A stretch of DNA of 35,248 bases, taken from positions 1 to 35,248 of the IMG/VR virus record IMGVR_UViG_3300025837_000009. The stretch is one strand, 5' to 3'. The notes under the pieces were generated by a model. The model was not told where the DNA came from. It did no database searches and worked only from the letters and a program-made list of their open reading frames with translations. The DNA comes from a virus. Its lineage: Duplodnaviria; Caudoviricetes. The position numbers were made by a program, and so were the translations under genes. Positions 27,630 to 35,248 of this stretch are shown here, one piece after another; position 1 is the stretch's first letter; each line of letters opens with the position of its first letter.

Positions 27630-29360
27630 ATGAGCGCAAACATTTCACCATTAGCACAAACATTTAAGGTAGATGAATCATTTACTGGGGGTGTACTTTT
27701 AACATCAGCTGATTTATTTTTTGCTACTAAAGATTCAGTAACTCCTGTTGAGATTCAGATAGTAGATACACTAAACGGATATCCTACTGATTTAATAGTA
27801 GAAGGTTCTAAAGTCGTTTTATCTGCTAGTTCAGTAACTGCATCTGCTACTTCTCTTGTGCCGACCAAATTCAAATTCGATTCTCTTGTGTTTTTGGAAT
27901 CTGGAAAAGAATATGCGATTAAGGTATTGACTAATTCTCCTAAATACAAAGTATGGACGTCAGTTATGGGAGAAAACAGAATTGATAATCCCGCTGTTTT
28001 AATTACACAACAGCCTGCACTGGGTTCATTATTTAAATCACAAAACAATTCTACCTGGACAGCAGAACAACTTCAAGACTTGTCATTCAGATTAAATAGA
28101 GCCAAGTTTAATACTGGTGTAATTAGTAATGTATCTCTAGTAGAAGCGCCAAAAAATGATATTGCTTATTTGGTACCTAACCCATTTAAGACTACTGCCG
28201 GTCAAACAGTAGTAAAAGTCCATCATATAAATCATGGTTATGCACCTGGTATGTTATTGACCTATACTGGCAGCGACGATTCCACATTCAATGCACAATT
28301 TTCTGTCTTGACTGTCATAAATTCTGATTATTACACAATCGGCCTATCGACACCAGCAGCTGCAACTAACAAGGTAGGAGGTTCAGTTGTGTCGACTGAA
28401 AAATCTATCAAATATGATACCATCATGTTGACAGGAATATCAGAGGGAAGAGATGTTGGTACTAAGATTACTGCGAGATTATCAAACAGCACAGGCAGAG
28501 ATGGTGCAGATACTGATATTACTCCATACGAATTTACAGATTTGACATCAAACAAGTATGTATATACGTCCTCTAATAGGACTTCGAAACTTGCAGGTGT
28601 CAATTCATTCAACTTGAAAGTCAATCTGAGTTCAAATAATGATGCAATGTCGCCTGTCATCGATTTGGAATCGTTATCAGTAGATTTAATTGGTAATAAA
28701 ATTAACAAACCGTCTTCTAATACTGATATCGATTTTAATATAGATGGAGAAACTATCGTAGTTGGTTCATCTAATGTATCTTTTGTTGCTGCAACTAACA
28801 AAATTACTATACCGAGCACGACTGATTATACAAAAATAAAAGAGGGTGCATGGGTTAAAATAATTGATGCTGGTGGTTTAAATAATGGAATCGAAGGATA
28901 TATCTCTAATATCGATACTGATGCTAATACATTGACTATCGTCGGTGGAGCATTGCAAGACCAATCTGGTAGAAGTGCTACTATCGACCAATATATTTCT
29001 TTCATTTCTGAAACATCGAATGGAGGAACAGCAGAATCTAAACATATAACTCGTCAGGTAAATCTGGCTAATAAATGTACTGGATTCAGGATAATGTTTG
29101 ATGCTAATATCCACACAGATGCTGATATTGAATTGTATTATAAGACAGGTCTTGGTGGTACTGATATTTCTAATATCGGCTGGACAAAATATCCTATCAC
29201 ATATAAAAAATCAGTGAACGAAACAGATTTTATTGCATACGAATATAATATCACGGACATCGAGTCTTTTGACCAGTTTAAACTCAAGTTTGTATTCTTG
29301 AGTTCAAACACAGCAGTAACTCCTAGGATAAAATTATTAAGAGTTATAGCACATGCATAA
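27630..29360 (+). CDS. virion structural protein, C-terminal segment of the DUF4815-like protein
   Basis: PLAQTF.V......GV.LTS.DLFFATKD, GSLFKSQN.STWT.EQ.QDL.F.L.RAKF, SPVID, SKHITRQV.L, P.I..LRVIA.A. Confidence 0.78.
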   Translation: MSANISPLAQTFKVDESFTGGVLLTSADLFFATKDSVTPVEIQIVDTLNGYPTDLIVEGSKVVLSASSVTASATSLVPTKFKFDSLVFLESGKEYAIKVLTNSPKYKVWTSVMGENRIDNPAVLITQQPALGSLFKSQNNSTWTAEQLQDLSFRLNRAKFNTGVISNVSLVEAPKNDIAYLVPNPFKTTAGQTVVKVHHINHGYAPGMLLTYTGSDDSTFNAQFSVLTVINSDYYTIGLSTPAAATNKVGGSVVSTEKSIKYDTIMLTGISEGRDVGTKITARLSNSTGRDGADTDITPYEFTDLTSNKYVYTSSNRTSKLAGVNSFNLKVNLSSNNDAMSPVIDLESLSVDLIGNKINKPSSNTDIDFNIDGETIVVGSSNVSFVAATNKITIPSTTDYTKIKEGAWVKIIDAGGLNNGIEGYISNIDTDANTLTIVGGALQDQSGRSATIDQYISFISETSNGGTAESKHITRQVNLANKCTGFRIMFDANIHTDADIELYYKTGLGGTDISNIGWTKYPITYKKSVNETDFIAYEYNITDIESFDQFKLKFVFLSSNTAVTPRIKLLRVIAHA

Positions 29361-29550
29361 AACAGATGTAGAAAATATATTACAAGAAAGACCTGGTATT
29401 CTTATATCAACTGCTAAACCAACCGGATATTCAATTCAACATAAGAAGATGCGGGAACTTGAGGCTGATAGGATTAAAATAAATACATTAGAGGCCGAGA
29501 TGAGTTCAATAAAATCCATGCTTCAAGAAATTCTTAATAAGGTTAAATAA
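29353..29550 (+). CDS. small hypothetical protein with a C-terminal coiled coil (65 aa)
   Basis: Overlaps the previous stop; ends INTLEAEMSSIKSMLQEIL, typical of small T4-like ORFs at this position. Confidence 0.7.
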   Translation: MHKTDVENILQERPGILISTAKPTGYSIQHKKMRELEADRIKINTLEAEMSSIKSMLQEILNKVK

Positions 29551-29558
29551 CACATAAA

Positions 29559-31178
29559 ATGGCTAAACCGATAGTAGAGTTGTACAACAGTTTTGAAGAG
29601 TGGAGATTGATTACTAATGTTATCTCGAATAATGTTGGTGACCCTGAATTAATATTACCAGACCAGACGTTTACGGTAAGTGATGTCACATCAGCATTGA
29701 ATGACTTATATACAAAGAAATTCAATAGAAGCGGCGGTGATATTACAGGTAATATTTCTGTTGCAACTAATAAATTCAACGTAACTGCATCGACTGGTAA
29801 TACAAGTATTGCAGGTACATTGGGTGTAGCAGGTAATATGTCAGTCAACACCAATAAATTCAATGTAACTGCTACATCAGGTAATACAAGTATTGCAGGT
29901 ACATTGGGCGTAACAGGTGCAACTACTCTTACTGGTTTATTGACAACGAACGGTAATTTGTATGTAGGTGCAAGTAAAGTAACAATGTTATCCTCGAATG
30001 GTAATACGGCAATTGCTGGTACATTATCTGTCGCAGGTACAACTTCACTGGCGATTACATCTACTACGACACTGACAGCTACCGGTGCTTGTTTACTTTC
30101 ATCTACTCTAGGTGTTACCGGTAACCTTTCAATAAACACTAATAAATTCAACGTTACTGCTGCATCGGGTAATACGGCAATTGCTGGTACATTGTCTGTC
30201 GTTGGTACTACTACACTGTCTTCATCATTAGTATCAACTACTGGTACTATCACTACTAATAAGCCAATATTATCAGCCACTCAAACCTGGAATAGCGCTG
30301 GTACTTTATTCAAAGGAATATCTATAGATATTACTAATACAGCATCAGCAGCAGGGTCTTTATTGTTGGATTTTAAACTTGCTGGAGCAGATAAATTTGG
30401 CATCGATGTAAATGGTGCTGTCAAACAATATTTAACCGGCACATATTTAGCTAGAACAATATTATCAGGACCAAGAGGAGTAAGAGAATATCAGGACTTG
30501 ATGGATGATGGTATTCAAGGATTGCCTGGCACTCCTGGTATAGAAACGGATTCGTTTGAATGGGGATTCACTTGGAATGCTAAGTGGGATTCGGGTACTC
30601 AGACATATATTAAAGACAGAACACTTGCTGGTGACCATGCTTTAATGTATAGGATTAATAGAAAATTTGGCAATCAGTGGTGGTTTTCTGAAGGTACATC
30701 TCCTGGTAGTCCTATCTTATGGACAAAAAAGGTCGACTTTGATTTACCAGCAAATACATATACGTTCAAGAATGGTGCTAATGAAACGATTATTACCCCA
30801 ACTGAACTGACGACACAAATTGTAAATGCTACTGATAAATTAATTGTAGGACAAATATCATATTTCGATGCACTAGAAATTATTACTACATCAACTACAC
30901 CTGCTGTGATTGCATCGATGCCAATAGCGACATATAGGTCTGCTACGTTTGAAGTACAAGCTGTCAATTCGACTGGTGGCAAATATCATAGAACAAATAT
31001 ATCTTTTATTCACAATGGAAGTACATCAGATTCATTAGAATTCGGGTCTATCAATATAGGTGGTCTGTGTGCAACATATACAACTCAATTGAATGCAGGC
31101 AATGTTGAAATTATTGCAACACCAACTAGCGCAAATTCAACAATATTCAAGATACACGTTCGTTTGATGAGCGCTTAA
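29559..31178 (+). CDS. tail fibre / whisker-like protein (539 aa)
   Basis: N-terminal NSFEEWR..TN.I...VGD (fibre/neck-type start), NKFNVTA.SGNT.IAGTL repeats, C-terminal beta domain. Confidence 0.7.
   Translation: MAKPIVELYNSFEEWRLITNVISNNVGDPELILPDQTFTVSDVTSALNDLYTKKFNRSGGDITGNISVATNKFNVTASTGNTSIAGTLGVAGNMSVNTNKFNVTATSGNTSIAGTLGVTGATTLTGLLTTNGNLYVGASKVTMLSSNGNTAIAGTLSVAGTTSLAITSTTTLTATGACLLSSTLGVTGNLSINTNKFNVTAASGNTAIAGTLSVVGTTTLSSSLVSTTGTITTNKPILSATQTWNSAGTLFKGISIDITNTASAAGSLLLDFKLAGADKFGIDVNGAVKQYLTGTYLARTILSGPRGVREYQDLMDDGIQGLPGTPGIETDSFEWGFTWNAKWDSGTQTYIKDRTLAGDHALMYRINRKFGNQWWFSEGTSPGSPILWTKKVDFDLPANTYTFKNGANETIITPTELTTQIVNATDKLIVGQISYFDALEIITTSTTPAVIASMPIATYRSATFEVQAVNSTGGKYHRTNISFIHNGSTSDSLEFGSINIGGLCATYTTQLNAGNVEIIATPTSANSTIFKIHVRLMSA
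29755..30230 (+). repeat. imperfect intragenic fibre repeats (NKFNVTAxSGNTxIAGTL)
   Basis: Four copies visible in protein and DNA (ggtaatac...attgc.ggtacatt). Confidence 0.8.
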
Positions 31179-31187
31179 GGAAAATAA

Positions 31188-33380
31188 ATGGCTGAAATAA
31201 AATTAAATGTACCGGTTGGATTAACGGTTGGAATTACACCAATCAATAGTATAGATGCATCGAATAATGCTACATTCAATACTTTATCTGTATCTGGTGC
31301 TACTACTCTTGGTGCACTAAGTTCATCTACATTGGCAGTGAGCGGAGCTGCGACATTTTCTACTATACCGACATCACCAACCCCATCTTTAAATGATAAT
31401 ACTACTAAGCTTGCAACTACAGCTTGGTTCTTTACTCAAAAATCCAATGTTGCTCCTCTCATGGACGGTGTTGCTGCCATCGGTGCAAGTACACGATGGT
31501 CACCAGAGAATCATATTCATCCTTCTGACACGAGTAGGTTGACCGTAATAAATCCATCTGCTACTGGCTCATTGTCAGTAACAGGAGATATATTAACTGG
31601 TGCATCTACTCCAATTGCACTCTTTAGTCAGACATGGAATAATCCAGCTACTTCATTTAGTGGAATAAAATTAACAGTAACAAATACGGCATCTTCTATT
31701 ACCTCGCGTATTTTGGATTTAAAGGTAGGGTCGAATGAGTTTGGAGTGGATGTAAACGGTTCAATTGTACAGAAATTGTCCATACCAAACAATGCAAGAG
31801 ATATTGTTGGGGTTACAGGTGCTAGACATATTAGAGAATACCAGGATTTAGTAGATGATGGTGTGCAAGGTCTCCCAGGTGTAGCTGGAGTATCTACTGA
31901 TTCAATTGAATGGGGATATACTTTTAATTCCAAATGGGATACTGGCACATCTACCTATATTAAAGATAGAAGTAATGCAGGCGACCATGCATTAATGATG
32001 AGGACAACAAAGAAATACACTCAAGATTGGTGGTTTTCAGATGGTACCACAGGTGGTTCTGCTATAGCATGGACAAATAAAGTAAAATTCGACCTACCTA
32101 ATAGTGCATATACATTTGCTGGTACAATTAATACAACGGCATTAAATGTTTCTGGCAACATACAGACAGGTACTTGGAATGCAACGACAATATCAACTAC
32201 TAAGGGAGGTACTGGTAGAACAACGATAGGAACAGCAAATCAATTCCTGGGTGTCAATGCAGCAGCTAATGGACTTGAATATAAGACTTTTACAAGCACA
32301 GATAGTTCATTGTCAATAATGTATCCAAGTGCTGGGGTCATTGATATTAAATTAGTAGGAACATTGCCCGGTAATATAAATTTCAGTGGAGATTTATCAG
32401 TAGGTGGTTCAGCTCCTAATCATAAATTCTTGGTATTGGCAGCATCTGGTAATACTGATATTAAGGGAACACTAGCAGTAACAGGTGCAACAACGTTATC
32501 GAGCACTTTGGGTGTTACCGGTGACTTTAATGTCAATACAAATAAGTTCAATGTAACTGCCGTATCTGGTAATACAACAATTGCTGGTACATTGGTAGTC
32601 GCTTCAGCTACTACATTATCGAGCACTTTGGGTGTTACTGGTGCAACAACATTATCGAGCACTTTGGGTGTTACCGGTGACTTTAATGTCAATACAAATA
32701 AGTTCAATGTAACTGCTGTATCTGGCAATACGGCAATTGCTGGTACATTAGGTGTAACAGGTGCAACAACATTATCGAGCACATTAAACGTTGTTGGAGC
32801 ATTATCGGTTAACACCAATAAGTTCAATGTAACTGCTGCCACTGGTAATACGACAATTGCTGGTACATTGGGAGTCGCTTCAGCTACTACATTATCCAGC
32901 ACATTAAACGTAGTCGATTCATTATCGGTTAACACCAATAAGTTCAATGTAACTGCTGCTACTGGTAATACAACAATTGCTGGCACATTAGGTGTAATAG
33001 GTAAGACAACAATTACAGATGTTTCACTTAACACTCTATCATTAAATGATGGTGCAGGTGATGCTACTTTAATTGCAGCGACTACTACTACACTTGTCTC
33101 TGCTGGTACATCTACAATAGCAACGGTCCCTGGCACATATAAAGCTGTTGAATTTTTAGTCAAATGTTCCGTTGCTTCTGCTGGTGCATATCAATTGATT
33201 AAATTGCTTGCTGTCAATGATGGTGCATCTACAACTGCTGTAACTGAATTCGGTAATATTGAAATTAATGATACTGGCGTTTCGTATGATGTAACATCGG
33301 CCGTCGGCGCGATGTCATTAAGAGCAACTACTACTATTGCAAATTCCGTATTCACCGTAATTGCGACATCAATAAAGTAA
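31188..33380 (+). CDS. tail fibre-like protein (730 aa), paralogous to 29559..31178
   Basis: AAGGAA SD; PTP..NDNTTKLATTA fibre motif; shares the REYQDL.DDG.QGLPG domain and NKFNVT repeats with the preceding gene. Confidence 0.75.
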   Translation: MAEIKLNVPVGLTVGITPINSIDASNNATFNTLSVSGATTLGALSSSTLAVSGAATFSTIPTSPTPSLNDNTTKLATTAWFFTQKSNVAPLMDGVAAIGASTRWSPENHIHPSDTSRLTVINPSATGSLSVTGDILTGASTPIALFSQTWNNPATSFSGIKLTVTNTASSITSRILDLKVGSNEFGVDVNGSIVQKLSIPNNARDIVGVTGARHIREYQDLVDDGVQGLPGVAGVSTDSIEWGYTFNSKWDTGTSTYIKDRSNAGDHALMMRTTKKYTQDWWFSDGTTGGSAIAWTNKVKFDLPNSAYTFAGTINTTALNVSGNIQTGTWNATTISTTKGGTGRTTIGTANQFLGVNAAANGLEYKTFTSTDSSLSIMYPSAGVIDIKLVGTLPGNINFSGDLSVGGSAPNHKFLVLAASGNTDIKGTLAVTGATTLSSTLGVTGDFNVNTNKFNVTAVSGNTTIAGTLVVASATTLSSTLGVTGATTLSSTLGVTGDFNVNTNKFNVTAVSGNTAIAGTLGVTGATTLSSTLNVVGALSVNTNKFNVTAATGNTTIAGTLGVASATTLSSTLNVVDSLSVNTNKFNVTAATGNTTIAGTLGVIGKTTITDVSLNTLSLNDGAGDATLIAATTTTLVSAGTSTIATVPGTYKAVEFLVKCSVASAGAYQLIKLLAVNDGASTTAVTEFGNIEINDTGVSYDVTSAVGAMSLRATTTIANSVFTVIATSIK
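32440..33005 (+). repeat. intragenic fibre repeats (NTNKFNVTAxxGNTxIAGTLGVxxATTLSSTL)
   Basis: Four near-identical units plus one degenerate unit; DNA identity is high (aataagttcaatgtaactgc). Confidence 0.85.
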
Positions 33381-33386
33381 TAAATA
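33377..33386 (+). promoter_or_regulatory. putative late promoter (GTAATAAATA)
   Basis: Identical to 2598-2607; overlaps the previous stop and lies 42 nt upstream of the next ATG. Confidence 0.6.
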
Positions 33387-33428
33387 GATTATAATAAATT
33401 GTAGTTTTCGGGGATAGGGAACCGAGTT

Positions 33429-35248
33429 ATGGCACAAAAACGATTCAATGCAAAAAATGGTATTTCAGTTGGTGGAACTGGTGTCGCTGCACCAATAGAT
33501 TTCATCGACGAGACTGGTCAAATTCTGTCAGGCGCTCGAATATCATTCTTAACAAACCCAACAATCACAACAGATCAACCACTATTCAATGCTAATCAGA
33601 CATGGAATGCTAGTGCAACTCCATTCAGTGCATTTAGAATAAATGTGACAGATACTGCATCTAATGTTTCGTCTAAACTTGTAGATTTACAAGTAGGTGG
33701 AATATCTAAGTTTTATGTAGATAAAACAGGTAACGCAGTAATCGCAGGCGACTTGACAGTACAGGGCACAACAGTCACGATGAATACTTCGACTGTTGAT
33801 GTCGAAGATACCAATATAACGTTAGGTAAAGTAACAACACCAACAAATACTACTGCTAATGGCGGTGGTATTACATTGCTTGGGACAACAAATAAGACAA
33901 TCATTTGGGATTCAACAAATACAAATTGGACATCAAGCGAAAATTTGAATATTGCAACAGGAAAAGTATTTAAGATAAACAATGTTTCAGTATTATCTAA
34001 TACTACGCTAGGTTCATCGGTTGTCACATCATCACTGACATCAGTAGGTACTATTGCAACTGGTGTTTGGAATGGCACTGTTGTTGCTGGTCAATATGGT
34101 GGTACAGGTGTTGCTAATACAGGTAAAACAATCACTCTTGGTGGTAATTTAACAACTTCAGGTGCATTTGCGACTACATTTACTGTATCAGGTGCAACTA
34201 ATGTCACCTTACCCACATCAGGTACGCTAGCTACTACATCACAATTGCCGACAGTCAATAATGCTACATTGACGATGAATGTATCTGGTGTCGGGTTAAG
34301 TGGTTCTCAGACATTCACATCAAATCAGAGTTCAGCTGCTACATTTACCGTTACTTCAAATGCAACATCTGCAAATACTGCTTCTACGATTGTATCAAGA
34401 GATGCATCTGGGAATTTTAGTGCTGGCTCGATATATGCGACCGCATTAAATGGTACTTCGATCAAACTCGGTACAGAATATGAACAAAGATTCTTTAGAT
34501 TGGGCGGCGGCACAGATTTGGGTTGGAAGATACTAGCGACTGTTGTTCAAGGAACTAGTATATATTCTGCTACTAGTTTCTATGTAGATGTAGTTGATAC
34601 TAGGGGAAATCACGCGCAGTTTCTATATACTCAAAAATCACTACCATTCAAAGTAACTTGTGTAAGAAGCTCTGGAGTATTAGATAATATAAATGCAGCG
34701 TATGTATCTGGCCCAGTAAACGAATACATAAGAGTATCTAAAACAGCTACTGGTAATTATGAAATCCAAGGAAGAACTCCAGCGAATTATGATAATATCG
34801 ATATACGAATAAGAGTTTCTTATTCGTCTGATGGAACTGTAACATATTCAGACGGTACTGTTGCAGGTGATACACTAGGTACAATGTATGTTCCAAATAA
34901 TACATACGGCAGTTATTATTTTACAAATATATATGCAACGACATTAACTGGAGCATTAACCGGTAATGCTTCAACTGCTACGACATTACAGACAGCAAGA
35001 ACCATTGGTGGTGTTTCATTTAACGGTTCTGCTAATATAAATCTACCTGGTGTAAATGTTGCTGGTAATCAAAATACAACTGGTAATGCTTCAACTGCTA
35101 CGACATTACAGACAGCAAGAACCATTGGTGGTGTTTCATTTAACGGTTCTGCTAATATAAATCTACCTGGTGTAAATGTTTCTGGTAATCAAAATACAAC
35201 TGGTAATGCTGCTACTGCTACGACATTACAGACAGCAAGAACCATTGG
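33429..35248 (+). CDS. long tail fibre protein, 3'-truncated by the window edge
   Basis: Not in the ORF track because no stop is reached. Begins MAQKRFNAKNGISVGG; contains GDLTVQGTT.TMNTSTVDVED.NITLG...TANGGGITL, IVSRDASGNFSAG and GNASTATTLQTARTIGGVSFNGSANI repeats. Confidence 0.85.
   Translation, partial: MAQKRFNAKNGISVGGTGVAAPIDFIDETGQILSGARISFLTNPTITTDQPLFNANQTWNASATPFSAFRINVTDTASNVSSKLVDLQVGGISKFYVDKTGNAVIAGDLTVQGTTVTMNTSTVDVEDTNITLGKVTTPTNTTANGGGITLLGTTNKTIIWDSTNTNWTSSENLNIATGKVFKINNVSVLSNTTLGSSVVTSSLTSVGTIATGVWNGTVVAGQYGGTGVANTGKTITLGGNLTTSGAFATTFTVSGATNVTLPTSGTLATTSQLPTVNNATLTMNVSGVGLSGSQTFTSNQSSAATFTVTSNATSANTASTIVSRDASGNFSAGSIYATALNGTSIKLGTEYEQRFFRLGGGTDLGWKILATVVQGTSIYSATSFYVDVVDTRGNHAQFLYTQKSLPFKVTCVRSSGVLDNINAAYVSGPVNEYIRVSKTATGNYEIQGRTPANYDNIDIRIRVSYSSDGTVTYSDGTVAGDTLGTMYVPNNTYGSYYFTNIYATTLTGALTGNASTATTLQTARTIGGVSFNGSANINLPGVNVAGNQNTTGNASTATTLQTARTIGGVSFNGSANINLPGVNVSGNQNTTGNAATATTLQTARTI
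34962..35248 (+). repeat. 120-bp tandem repeat (40-aa fibre unit), about 2.4 copies up to the window end
   Basis: ggtaatgct...actgctacgacattacagacagcaagaaccattgg begins at 34962, 35082 and 35202 with only a few substitutions. Confidence 0.92.

Noticed and set aside
28331-28819. 162-aa minus-strand ORF and the other short antisense or alternate-frame ORFs in the track
   Set aside because: They lie within well-supported genes and have no recognisable motifs.
29543-30280. 245-aa minus-strand ORF
   Set aside because: Antisense shadow of the Thr/Gly/Ala repeats in the plus-strand fibre gene; it mirrors the same repeats and has no independent signals.
32420-33163. 247-aa minus-strand repetitive ORF
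   Set aside because: Same antisense-shadow effect opposite the 730-aa fibre gene.
34962-35248. Possible CRISPR array or DGR template/variable repeat
   Set aside because: The units are contiguous, in-frame 120-mers with no unique spacers, the few differences are not an adenine-specific pattern, and no cas or reverse transcriptase gene is present in the window.
1-35248. tRNA/rRNA genes, introns, homing endonucleases, inteins
   Set aside because: No cloverleaf-like intergenic sequence or LAGLIDADG/GIY-YIG/HNH/intein motifs were seen, and intergenic gaps are short.

Overview
This is an AT-rich, densely coding segment of a T4-like (Tevenvirinae-related) myophage genome in the standard genetic code. 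On the left are a 5'-truncated RNA ligase, small ORFs and the replication/late-transcription block gp33-gp59-gp32. A minus-strand late operon follows: gp4, an Acb1/gp57B-like 2H phosphodiesterase, gp2, gp54-like, gp26, a start-less gp51-like ORF and a 571-aa tape-measure/gp29 candidate. It diverges from a long plus-strand baseplate/tail block: gp48, gp53, gp27-like, gp5, a small peptidoglycan-enzyme cassette, gp25, gp6, gp7-like, gp8, a three-way split large structural protein and three repeat-rich fibre proteins (the last runs off the window). The strongest unexplained signals are: (1) a complete -1 ribosomal frameshift signal (U UUU UUC, 5-nt spacer, GC-rich stem-loop) that would fuse gp26 to the gp51-like ORF just upstream of the tape-measure candidate, resembling lambda G/GT; (2) a perfect 16-bp inverted repeat whose arms each carry a late promoter for one operon and the ribosome-binding region of the other; (3) an anti-CBASS nuclease homologue translationally coupled between gp4 and gp2; (4) a possible gene 32 leader pseudoknot. 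Protein assignments come from remembered motifs and synteny, not from database searches.
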